64,000 nt of DNA, taken from contig CAWCKW010000012.1 in the NCBI GenBank assembly GCA_963796285.1, forward strand, positions 288,001 to 352,000, in the 5' to 3' direction. Shown here in pieces: positions 35,091-45,107 of this stretch. Each line of letters opens with the position of its first letter. Positions within the stretch are counted from its first letter, which is position 1. This DNA comes from Nitrospirota bacterium (GTDB lineage: Bacteria; Nitrospirota; UBA9217). The position numbers and the translations under genes are program-made. Under the pieces are notes generated by a model that saw only the letters and a list, made by a program, of their open reading frames with translations, did not search any database and was not told where the DNA came from.

Positions 35091-35144
35091 TAAGCATGCC
35101 CGGTGGTACGCAGTAAATGTTCACACCGTGACAAAGGGTAAACG

Positions 35145-35180
35145 ACGCAAAAAGCGGTGATTGCTCACCGCTTTTTGCGT
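35145..35180. terminator. Bidirectional intrinsic terminator
   Basis: ACGCAAAAAGCGGTGA-ttgc-TCACCGCTTTTTGCGT perfect inverted repeat between convergent genes. Confidence 0.85.
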
Positions 35181-35194
35181 TACATGGGAATGTT

Positions 35195-35314
35195 TTAAGA
35201 GGCAGATTTTCTGCGGTTTATCCCGGATCTTCTATCTTTTCCACTTCTCCGTTCCACGCTCTTGTAGTGTGGATCATCTAACTTTCTTCTATTTTCAATG
35301 GATCGTCTAATCAT
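35195..35314 (-). CDS. Small Arg-Arg-repeat peptide (39 aa), candidate c-di-GMP binder; not in the ORF track
   Basis: Hand translation MIRRSIENRRKLDDPHYKSVERRSGKDRRSGINRRKSAS*; ends at the terminator; sigma54 site upstream. Confidence 0.65.
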   Translation of the reverse strand: MIRRSIENRRKLDDPHYKSVERRSGKDRRSGINRRKSAS

Positions 35315-35554
35315 ATAATTTTAACCAGTTTCATCATATATTTTGTTGATTTGTTTCGCAGTTTTTCTGAAAGAGATAATCTGGTTTTATTATGTCAGTT
35401 TTTTATAAGCAAAAGTGCCCGTTGCGCGAATGCCAAATCAGTCCAGTATGTTGCTCTGAATGCAGTCTAAAATATTTTTATTTTCATACAGTTGAGTGAC
35501 ACTTCACTTCGCTCAGGGTGATGAAAACAAGTTTTGATTCGACAGAATTATTAT

Positions 35555-35570
35555 TGCACATGTCATGCCA
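35555..35570 (-). promoter_or_regulatory. Sigma54 promoter (minus strand) pointing at the small RR peptide
   Basis: TGGCATGACATGTGCA (GG-N10-GC); enhancer-like box TGTCGG-N5-AATACA at 35631-35647 on the same strand. Confidence 0.6.
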
Positions 35571-36140
35571 ATTTTACAACTAATTGATTTATAATAATAT
35601 TTTATATTACTATTTAGCAATATATGATAGTGTATTATTCCCCGACAGGTAGAAAGGGAAAGTTAATATTGCACAAAGCCATTTTTCACCCTGAGTGAAA
35701 CGAGAATTTCGTAATTACTCAGAAGAGGATTTGTGAAACTTCTATCGAAGTGTTATACTAATAAAGTAGTATACGGTATAGTCGTTTTACAAAAAATTTC
35801 TTTCTGTTCAGAGTGACGATGTGTGGCTTGGGGAACGACAGAAAAGATTAATTGGAGTTCGTGCAGCAGGTTTGTATGCGGCTTATTTTGCATACTACTT
35901 ATTGCTGATATTCTCTTTTTGCCCATAAACTTTAGTATCCCCCATATATACCCCATTTAGGGTATTGCAATTTGTTCATAAAAAGAGTAATAATAGACAG
36001 TTAAAAAAAACTTTGTCAGGATTTTTTACATCTATTTGAAGAGAAATTATGTATGTACTGTCCCCGTTTGAGAGCGATTACAATACAACCTTGAACCTGA
36101 CAGTATCAGACTTTACATTAAAAGAAAGATGGTAAGCACA

Positions 36141-36941
36141 ATGAAAAAAAACATATTCGTTATCGTGCTCGTACTCTTGTTTACTTCGTCGCTATGGGCA
36201 TCAGATTATCTGATCGGGGAAGGGGATACACTCATGGTCTCCGTCTGGGGCGAGAAGGACCTGACCCTCTCGGTGGTAGTCCGTCCCGATGGAAAGATCT
36301 CGATCCCCGCCGTGGGTGAAGTCATGGCCGCTAATACCACGGTAAAGGAACTTCAAACGACGCTTACCGGAAAATTCGGGAGGATCGTAAAAAACCCCAT
36401 TGTGACGGTCATGGTCACCGGGATCACGAACAATAAGGTTTATCTATACGGAGGTGGCGTCAAGTTAGGCGTATATACCCTGACCCAGCGTACGAGTCTC
36501 CTCCAGCTCTTGTGCCAAATAGAGGATGTCAGGAAGGCCGACCTGAAAAAAGCCTATGTACTCAGGAATGGGGAAAAGATCAAAGAGGATTTTACAAAAT
36601 TGTATTTCCAGGGAGACACGAGAGAAGACATCGCCATAGAATCGAACGACATCATATATATTTCGACAAATGTGAATAAGAACGTTTATGTGATGGGGGC
36701 CGTGAATACGCCGAAGTTTGTCGAGTATCGTGATGGTCTTACGGTCATGGAAGCGATCCTCGAAGCCGGAGGATTCACGAAATTCGCGAGCCCGAACGAT
36801 ACGATGATCTATCGGAAAGATGGCGCCCGTGAGATCACGATAACCGTCAAGATGAATAAACTTATCAATAACGGTGACCTCACTCAGAACGCCCGGCTTC
36901 AGCCGGGTGATTATATTGTTGTCAAGGAAAGTCTGTTTTAG
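36141..36941 (+). CDS. Polysaccharide biosynthesis/export protein (Wza/OPX-like, SLBB domains)
   Basis: YLIGEGDTL, VRPDGKISIP, VYVMGAVNTP, LQPGD. Confidence 0.9.
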   Translation: MKKNIFVIVLVLLFTSSLWASDYLIGEGDTLMVSVWGEKDLTLSVVVRPDGKISIPAVGEVMAANTTVKELQTTLTGKFGRIVKNPIVTVMVTGITNNKVYLYGGGVKLGVYTLTQRTSLLQLLCQIEDVRKADLKKAYVLRNGEKIKEDFTKLYFQGDTREDIAIESNDIIYISTNVNKNVYVMGAVNTPKFVEYRDGLTVMEAILEAGGFTKFASPNDTMIYRKDGAREITITVKMNKLINNGDLTQNARLQPGDYIVVKESLF

Positions 36942-37151
36942 TTGGTACGGAATAAAATTCTTCTCGAAATGAAGAAAAATAGAGCCACAAAGGTCATCGA
37001 GCGCATACCCTGCTCTTGCGAAGCGCGGGCACAAGCAGAGAAAGACTCGCAGTAATCTCATACCGATAAGATTTTGCTTTCTATTTTTACCTCTGTGTTC
37101 GCTGTAGCAAAAGCTTGTTGGTTCCGGCTTGACCGGGTTAGGAGAACGGAC

Positions 37152-38371
37152 GTGGAACAAACTCAGGAACTGGACATTAAACGCTATCTTCACCTCATGG
37201 TGAAACGGCGTTACCTTTTTGCGATCACGGCCGCCTTCATCATTACTGCAGTGGTCATCATAAGTCATTTCATACCACCGGTTTATGAGGCCGAGACCCT
37301 CGTTTCCATCGATAAAAGCTTTTTAAACAAGTGTCCTTAAAAATATTAGCGGGCACGGAAGCGATCGATGATAAATCCGCGGCACTTTCAACGATCATGA
37401 CGAGCAGGACCATGGTTTTAAAACTGCTCAGCGATCTTGGCGTAGATATGAAGCGGATGACCGAAGCACAGGTCGAGGGCTTCATCAAGAACACGCAGAA
37501 CATGACGCAGATCAATGATTCAGCAGATCGAGCGGATCTGTAGACTTTTTCACGGTTTCTTTTCGGAACCAGGATCCTCGATTTGCGAGGGATTACGTGA
37601 ATAAAGTGGTCAGTAAGTATATTGAGACAAGCATCGGCTCCAAGAGAGAGGACTCATCCGGCGCCAACACGTTTCTCCTGGACCAGATCAACCAGCAAAA
37701 GGAGAAAGTAGGCAAACTCGATCGCGGAGATCGCAGTGCTGAAAAAAGACGAAGATATTATTCTGTATAGCAAATTACTTGAATTGCAAAAGCGGCGCGA
37801 TGATCTTCTCGTCCAGTACACGGAACATCATCCCGAGGTGCTCAAAGCGCAATCCGCGATCGAGGCGCTCAAGGCGAAATACACTATTTCACCGCAAAAA
37901 CTGGCGTACGCTGTAAATGGCGTTAACCGGCTGGCCAGCCTTGAGCACGAGCTCGAATTCAGCAAAAAGATATACGACGAATTGACAGTGGCCTATGGTA
38001 AATCCGAGTTGTCTACCCAGGCAGAGTTGCAGGACAAAGCGGGAACATTCAAGATCGTGGACCCCGCTGTCCTTCCCATCACGCCGGTCAGCCCGAACCG
38101 CATCAAGATCATCTTGCTGGGGATCGTTGCAGGGATGGCGGGCGCAGCCGGTCTTATCGTGCTCCTCGATGTCTTTGATGATTCCATTAAGAGCGTTGAT
38201 GCGATCAAGAGTTTAGGCATCCCCGTGCTTGCTATCATCCCGCATATTCAGGACCCCCATGCATTGATCAGGTCGAGGAGAAAAGATATCTGCTTCTACA
38301 CGTTATCCGGATTGTATGTCGTGCTCCTGGTCGCCGTCATAGTCCTGGAACAACTTAGATTGCTCGGTTAA
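37152..38371 (+). CDS. Polysaccharide chain-length determinant (GumC/Wzc membrane part), frameshifted
   Basis: PPVYEAETLV, YTEHHPEV, FKIVDPAVLP..PVSPNR. Confidence 0.85.
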
Positions 38372-38556
38372 TTGCTAAAGAAGCAACTTCTTCTCAAAGG
38401 GGAAAGAAAAAAAAGGAAATGTCTTGGACAGGGTAGCGGGATCAACAGGATCGTAAAATCCGCATATCGTAATTCGATTTCATCCCGCTTGTGGCTTTAT
38501 GGCTGTTGTCCTGTCAAAAAGATTTGCTTCCGGCTTGACCGGGTAGAAAGGAAAGA

Positions 38557-39406
38557 ATGAACGAACTTCAAAACGCGATGGAAAAGGAGATCGGCCTCAA
38601 AAAAGTGAACACCAGGAACGGCGACAGAAGCCGTTGTGAAAAGGGCTGCACACTTCGAACCTGGGGAGGCTAAGGGAATGACGATGCATCCAAACAATCC
38701 CTGTATCATCACACATGGGAGCCTTGACTCACCCATTAGCGAAGAGTATCGAAAACTGAAAACCGTAATTCTGCGGATGACCAAGGATGAGTTCCGGAAT
38801 ACGGTCATGGTGACCAGCTCGGTCAGCGGAGAGGGGAAAAGCCTCACGAGCGCTAACCTGGCCATCATGATGGCCAGGGAATACGGACAAACCGTGCTGC
38901 TGGTTGATTCTGACCTGCGGAGGCCTTCACTCCATGAGTATCTCGGCATGGCGCCCCACGTCGGTCTTGCCGACTGTCTTGAAGACAGGATAGATGCCGG
39001 GAGGGCCATCGTGAAGACCGGGATACAGAAACTCTCATTTATGTCGGCGGGGAAAAAAGTGGAGAATCCGGGTGAGCTCCTTACATCGCAGCGAATGAGG
39101 GAGTTTCTGCTGGAGCTGAAGCACCGATACCAGGATCGATATATTATTATTGACACACCGCCGATACTTCTGTTCGCTGAAACCCAGGCCATAAGCATGC
39201 TTGTTGACGGGGTTCTCGTCGTAGTAAAAGAGGGCGGCGCTTCTCTAAAAGGTCTCACCCAAGTGTTCGAGGTCCTGAAAGGTTCAACCGTGCTTGGTAT
39301 TGTGTATAACGAAGCAAGTACCACGGTCCTGGGTGGAAAGTATTACGACCACTATCATCACTACTACCATGAAGGTCACTTGGAGAAAAAGCAGAAGAAA
39401 CGTTGA
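38557..39406 (+). CDS. BY-kinase (CpsD/CapB tyrosine autokinase)
   Basis: SEEYRKLK, SSVSGEGKS, LVDSDLRRP, IIDTPP; Tyr-rich tail YYDHYHHYY. Confidence 0.9.
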
Positions 39407-39448
39407 AAAAGGCTCAGCGGGGAGGGCGTAGAGCAATCGCTTAATTCA

Positions 39449-39953
39449 ATGATGACTGAAAACTGGTATGCGCTCCGGGTAAGATCGCGTCATGAGTTCG
39501 TTACTTCCGAAGAGCTTACGCGGAAGGACATCGAGAATTTTCTCCCGTCCGTTTCAAGAATGCGTCAATGGAAAGATAGAAAAAAAACCGTGGATTTTCC
39601 GCTCTTTCCTGGATATGTATTCGTTCACCTTGATCCGCGTCCTGGAGCATTTTTGAATGTCTTGAAGACACGCGGGTCTGTGGGTTTCGTTTCGCTGGAG
39701 CCCGGGCATCCGACCTCCGTGTCACCGGCAGAGATCGCATCTCTCAGGGCAATGCTCATGAGCGGGGAGCAGCTCGATGTCTTCCCTGCATTTAAGGAAG
39801 GAACGGCTGTGCGGGTGAAGCATGGCCCGTTGCGCGGCACGGTCGGCATCCTGGCAAAGCGGGAAGGCCGCCAGATGTTCCTTATCAATATCGACATTCT
39901 CGGCAGGAGTGTCGGCTTGAAGATCTCGCGCCGAGGATGTTGAACTGGCATGA
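39449..39953 (+). CDS. UpxY/RfaH-like NusG-family antiterminator
   Basis: WYALRVRSRHE, WKDRKK..PLFPGYVFV, KOW motif GPLRG. Confidence 0.88.
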
Positions 39954-40232
39954 TCTTGAAGAAATAATTGCCACGGATCAACGGATTGACGGAATTTTAA
40001 AGCCTGGATCAAATTCATGAGTCACTAATTTGGTGAATTTATTGAAACCAGCAATGCGATAGTTTTTTAGTCATTCGCGTGTTACTGGGAAGCGCTCAAT
40101 GCCGGTCATTTGCAGTTATCTGTTGTTATGAAGCCGATGCCTGCATGTCCTCAATATGATCGACATGCAGTGAGAAGGTACCGCTTATTTTTTACCCCCT
40201 TGGTTACTGACTGTAACTGAGAGGGCGAAGCA

Positions 40233-41576
40233 TTGTCTAACGTATTCTACTCCTTCAGCAAACCAGCGAGAATATCTATTCATACTAAGTTGACTGAACA
40301 TGCTTTCCACCAACGCTGCCTCGCGCTGAAAAGCAGAACCGGCAACGCCCTCATTTACTTCATGGTCTGCATCCTGAGCGCGTTGTCAATGATGTCTCCC
40401 GATCGTGTCGTGGGCGCAGAATTCCGGATACAGACGGGCATTGCGCTGAGTGAGGAGTATAACGATAATATATTTCTCGTACCAGGGAAGAGGGAATATG
40501 ACTATATTACCGGGATCTCGCCCTCGATCAATATTATATATAATGTTCCTTTATGGGATTGGAAGGTTGACTATGTTTATGATTATCTTCATTATGACCG
40601 ACATCATATAACTCAGGATCAAACGCACACCCTCAATCTTACAAACCACACCAGGATCGTAGATGAATATATCTTTCTCGATATCCAGGACAAATACGCA
40701 AGGGTATCGCTCGATCCTACCAGAGACTACACTAAGGAAAGTACCTTTGTGAACCAGACAGACAGTAATTCCCTGACGGTAAACCCTTATTTCATCGTAA
40801 GGCCCACATCTCAAATGACCGTTACGACTGGATATACCTTTTCGAATATCTGGTACAAGGACCCAACCGCCATCGACCAGACAGAAGATACCGTTTATAC
40901 AGGGCTGCAGGAGGACCTGTCGCAAAGGTCTCACATGACTGCCGGTATCATGCATACTCAGAACAGGAATAGCGTTCAGGACTACACGCAGGATGATGTG
41001 TATCTTGGAGAGACATATGAGTATATAGAGAACTCCACGCTCTCGATAAGAGTAGGCAACAGTTGGTTTGACTTCAAGGGCGCAGGAAAAACCAGCCAGG
41101 TGTATTGGGATGCCAATTTCAAGCACCGTTATTCAACAATGACAGTTACTTATGAAACCGGTATGCGCTTCATCCCCGACCCTAGTCTAATAGTACGAAG
41201 AGAGGACCGCTATCTGGCAACTGTCAGTAAAGATGTCGAGAGGACTTCTCTGCTTGTTTCCGGCGGTCTGATAGAATACAGGAACATTACAAATAAACAC
41301 CTTGAAAGCTCAAGTTATCAAGTGAATGGCTCGATGAGTCATGCGATAACGACAAAATCAAAGATCATCCTCAATCTTGGTGCGCAACGCTTGAAGGATT
41401 ATCTGGTATATACAACAACGGACATATATCTTACGGGAGTGCGGTTTGAACATCTGGCCGCGGAAAATCTGACGTTGGCCCTGGATTACCGATATACCAA
41501 TGCATATTCGCCTGACGTTTACTCGAATAATTACGTTAATAACAGGTTCTTAGTTGAAATACGGATGGCCTTTTAA
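40233..41576 (+). CDS. EPS/PEP-CTERM-system outer-membrane beta-barrel protein
   Basis: EEYNDNIF near the N-terminus; alternating beta-strand pattern; terminal Phe. Confidence 0.78.
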   Translation: MSNVFYSFSKPARISIHTKLTEHAFHQRCLALKSRTGNALIYFMVCILSALSMMSPDRVVGAEFRIQTGIALSEEYNDNIFLVPGKREYDYITGISPSINIIYNVPLWDWKVDYVYDYLHYDRHHITQDQTHTLNLTNHTRIVDEYIFLDIQDKYARVSLDPTRDYTKESTFVNQTDSNSLTVNPYFIVRPTSQMTVTTGYTFSNIWYKDPTAIDQTEDTVYTGLQEDLSQRSHMTAGIMHTQNRNSVQDYTQDDVYLGETYEYIENSTLSIRVGNSWFDFKGAGKTSQVYWDANFKHRYSTMTVTYETGMRFIPDPSLIVRREDRYLATVSKDVERTSLLVSGGLIEYRNITNKHLESSSYQVNGSMSHAITTKSKIILNLGAQRLKDYLVYTTTDIYLTGVRFEHLAAENLTLALDYRYTNAYSPDVYSNNYVNNRFLVEIRMAF

Positions 41577-41818
41577 TCTTGGACACGACCACACCGCTGT
41601 TCACCGAATAACAAAGCCGATCCGTAAAACCGAACCCGGGCGAGTTAACAGTTAGATGCCAAATGACAAGCGCCAGGCTGCAGATAATACCCGTTATCGA
41701 ACGTCAATTGTCCTGAACTCGTTAGGACATATTTTTTGAGATTTGGAATGCATTTATAAGGTATAATTTGAAAATTGGGATGTTACTATAATACAATTCA
41801 GCAAGACGGAGACGTTCT

Positions 41819-42964
41819 ATGAAAACCACATTGCGAAGAAAAAAGCCTGTAATCACTCCGCTGCGTTCCGACATGTTCTGTGATGACGATTCTGTTTGCT
41901 ACATAGAAGAGTTCTTTGTCGAGTTTCTTGTATTCGAGCGAAGACGGAGCGAACGCTCAGGCAGGCCATTTCTGGTGATGACGCTCGATTTTACCGGTCT
42001 CCGCGACTTTGAGAGCAAACGGGAATCCGTCATGTGGACAATGAAGACACTGTCCGTGCTTACACGCGATACCGATATCAAGGGATGGTACAAAGATTCG
42101 GCAGTTCTGGGAGTGATCTTTACCGAAATGAACAGCCTTGAAACGGAAACTCTACAGAAAAAAATATACGCCAGCCTGCACGCCAGCCTGACGGATGAAC
42201 AGCTCAATGTCATCCGGATATCCTTTCATAGATTTCCCGACGAAGGAAAGCCAAGTAAGCCCGGTAACCCGGTAGACTTCACGTTCTATCCCGATTATCC
42301 CAAACATGAACGATCCAGAAAAAACGCCCTCAAGATGAAGCGGATCATTGATGTTGTCGGCAGTATTACGGGTATCGTGATATTTTCTCCTTTCTTCGTC
42401 CTGATCCCGATTTTGATCAAGCTCACCTCACGGGGTGCGGTGTTTTTCCGTCAGGAAAGAGTCGGACAATATGAGAAGAATTTCATGTTCTTGAAATTCA
42501 GGAGCATGTACTCCGGCAATAATGAGGCTGTGCACAAAGAGTTTGTCCACAACTTAATTCTTAAAAAGACACCATGCGACGCGGGTGATAATGGTTCCGG
42601 AAAGAAAGTGTTCAAGATCACGAACGACAAGAGGGTGACCCCGATAGGGAAAATCCTTCGAAAGACGAGTTTGGACGAATTGCCTCAGTTTATTAACGTG
42701 CTGAGAGGAGAAATGTCATTGGCGGGTCCGAGGCCGCCCATTCCGTATGAACTCGAGAAGTATGATAGTTGGCATCGTCGCCGCGTTTTAGAGATCAAGC
42801 CCGGAATAACCGGATTGTGGCAGGTCATGGGGCGGAGTTCGACATCCTTCGACGAAATGGTGCGCCTCGATCTCCAATACGCGACGAATTGGTCGCTTTG
42901 GCTGGACATTAAAATCCTGCTGAAGACACCATGGGCCATTTTTGGAGGGAAGGGTGCGTATTAA
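41819..42964 (+). CDS. Priming sugar transferase (Bac_transf) with an N-terminal degenerate GGDEF-like domain
   Basis: KRIIDVVGS, FLKFRSM, DKRVTPIGKILRKTSLDELPQFINVLRGEMSLAGPRP, KPGITGLWQV. Confidence 0.9.
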   Translation: MKTTLRRKKPVITPLRSDMFCDDDSVCYIEEFFVEFLVFERRRSERSGRPFLVMTLDFTGLRDFESKRESVMWTMKTLSVLTRDTDIKGWYKDSAVLGVIFTEMNSLETETLQKKIYASLHASLTDEQLNVIRISFHRFPDEGKPSKPGNPVDFTFYPDYPKHERSRKNALKMKRIIDVVGSITGIVIFSPFFVLIPILIKLTSRGAVFFRQERVGQYEKNFMFLKFRSMYSGNNEAVHKEFVHNLILKKTPCDAGDNGSGKKVFKITNDKRVTPIGKILRKTSLDELPQFINVLRGEMSLAGPRPPIPYELEKYDSWHRRRVLEIKPGITGLWQVMGRSSTSFDEMVRLDLQYATNWSLWLDIKILLKTPWAIFGGKGAY

Positions 42965-43043
42965 TGAGCAGATGGAGTAGAGAGTTGAGAGTAGTGCTTT
43001 GCTCCATGCGCTATGCTCAATGTTTATCGATCAGGAGGAATAC

Positions 43044-44049
43044 ATGATCAATATCGGCATCATCGGATACGGCTACTGGGGACCGAATATCGTGCGGAAT
43101 TTCAGCGTACTTGAGGGGGCACGGGTCGCTTCAATATGCGACGGGAACCAGCAGGCCCTGAACAGGGCGCGGAAGTCGTACCCGAACTGCGCCGTAACGC
43201 AGGATTGCAACGACATCCTGAACTCGACGGAGATCGATGCCGTGGCAGTCATCACTCCGGTATCGACCCATTTTGAACTGGCCAAAAAGGCGCTCGAAAA
43301 CGGAAAACACGTGTTCGTGGAAAAACCCTTCACCGCAACGGCGGCGCAGGCGGAGAAATTGATCGCGCTGGCGGAACGGAAGAAGCTGACCATCATGGTG
43401 GACCATACCTTCCTGTTCACCGGCGCCGTGAGAAAAGATTAAGCAGCTCATAAAAGAACAAGCTCTGGGGGAGTCTTTACTATTACGATTCGGTCAGAGT
43501 TAACCTGGGCCTCTTCCAGCATGACGTGAACGTCATATGGGATCTTGCACCCCATGATTTTGCTGTCATGGACTACATCCTCGATGAAAAGCCCTTTGCC
43601 ATCGCAGCCTGCGGAAAGGCGCATGTGAATGAGATGGAGGATACTGCTTACGTCATCGTCCACTTTAACAATAACATGATCGCCCACTTTCAACGTCAAT
43701 TGGTTGTCCCCGGTCAAGGTAAGGACCACCCGCATCGGGGGAGAGAAGAAAATGCTCGTGTGGAACGACCTGGAGCCGGATGAAAAGATCAAGATCTACG
43801 ATAAGGGAGTCGAAGTTAAGAGCACAGGAAGCGAAATACAAGATGCTTGTCAACTACCGATCGGGTGATATGTATGCACCGCGGGTTGAGCAGATCGAAG
43901 CTCTCAATGCAGAGACCGAGTATTTTGTGCATGTATAAACGCGAGTGAGAGGCCTGATCAATGATGGACATGCGGGCTTGCGTGTGGTGAAGATGCTAGA
44001 AGCCTGCAATCTTTCGATTAAGAAGAACGGTCGGGCGGTGACGGTATGA
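43044..44049 (+). CDS. Gfo/Idh/MocA oxidoreductase (sugar-nucleotide 3-dehydrogenase type), frameshifted
   Basis: GIIGYGYWGPN, HVFVEKP, WDLAPHD. Confidence 0.88.
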
Positions 44050-44558
44050 AATATGTCTCCATCGCGGAGGATGTCCGGCTTGGAAAGGATGTCAAGCTTG
44101 CCAATTTTGTCAACCTGTACGGGTGTACTATTGACGACAATACCAAGATCGGGACTTTCGTCGAGGTCCAGAAGAACGCCACGATCGGGAAGAATTGCAA
44201 GATCCAGAGCCATACGTTCATCTGCGAAGGTGTGACCATCGAAGACGAAGTATTCGTCGGCCATGGGGTGACGTTCATTAATGACAAATATCCGCGCGCC
44301 ACAAGCGGCAATGGCGGCCTGCAAACCGAGGCGGACTGGAAGGTGGTCCCGACGATCGTAAAAAAAGGGGCCTCCGTCGGGTCCGGGTCCACGATCCTCT
44401 GCAATATCACTATAGGGGAGAAGGCCATTGTGGGGTCAGGCAGTGTTGTAACAAAAGACGTCCCGGCGAATACGATCGTTGCGGGAAATCCGGCAAGGAT
44501 TGTGAGGAAAATCGATAGTCAGGAGCCAGAAGTCGGGAGTCAGAAGTTGAAAAAATGA
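44046..44558 (+). CDS. Hexapeptide-repeat N-acetyltransferase (WbpD/WlbB-like)
   Basis: IQSHTFICEGVTIEDEVFVGHGVTFINDKYPR; VAGNPAR. Confidence 0.9.
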   Translation: MKYVSIAEDVRLGKDVKLANFVNLYGCTIDDNTKIGTFVEVQKNATIGKNCKIQSHTFICEGVTIEDEVFVGHGVTFINDKYPRATSGNGGLQTEADWKVVPTIVKKGASVGSGSTILCNITIGEKAIVGSGSVVTKDVPANTIVAGNPARIVRKIDSQEPEVGSQKLKK

Positions 44559-44561
44559 TCA

Positions 44562-45040
44562 TCGCGCGAAGGCGCAAAGACGCAAAGAAAGATTTGAAAA
44601 AATAATATGGATGAAAATCAGATATCGAAGGTTGCTAGTGGATTGCTGCTATAAAATTCATACAGGACTTGGGCCGGGATTATTAGAATCAGTCTATCTT
44701 GAAATTCTTTTATACGAGTTGAAGAAAGCGGGGCTAAACTGCGAGAAAGAGGTTGGTATCCCGGTGCACTATGATGAGATTAAGCTTGATCTTGGTTTTC
44801 GGGCTGATTTGATCGTGGAAAATTTAGTGATTATCGAACTGAAAGCCGTAGAAAAGTTTATGCCTGTTCATAAGAAGCAATTAACGACTTATCTCAGATT
44901 AACGCGAATGAAGCTTGGTTTGCTTGTGAATTTTAACGCCAATCTTATCAAAGATGGGATTGAGCGGGTTGTTAATGGATTATAGAACTTAACGATTCCC
45001 GGCTTATGTTGTTCTTTGTGCTCTTTGCGGCTTCGCGCGA
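44562..45040. repeat. About 29-bp inverted repeat arms flanking the GxxExxY gene
   Basis: TCGCGCGAAGGCGCAAAGACGCAAAGAA (44562) versus TTCTTTGTGCTCTTTGCGGCTTCGCGCGA (45012-45040). Confidence 0.8.
44607..44985 (+). CDS. GxxExxY protein (PD-(D/E)xK-like)
   Basis: LGPGLLESVY, FRADLIVE, IIELKAVE, QLTTYL, LGLLVNF; frameshift near the start (MDENQIS). Confidence 0.92.
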
Positions 45041-45107
45041 GACAGGCCTAAGAAATTACGCTTTACCTGTCTCTCTACCTTCTACCTTCACCTAAGGAGA
45101 ATCAACT

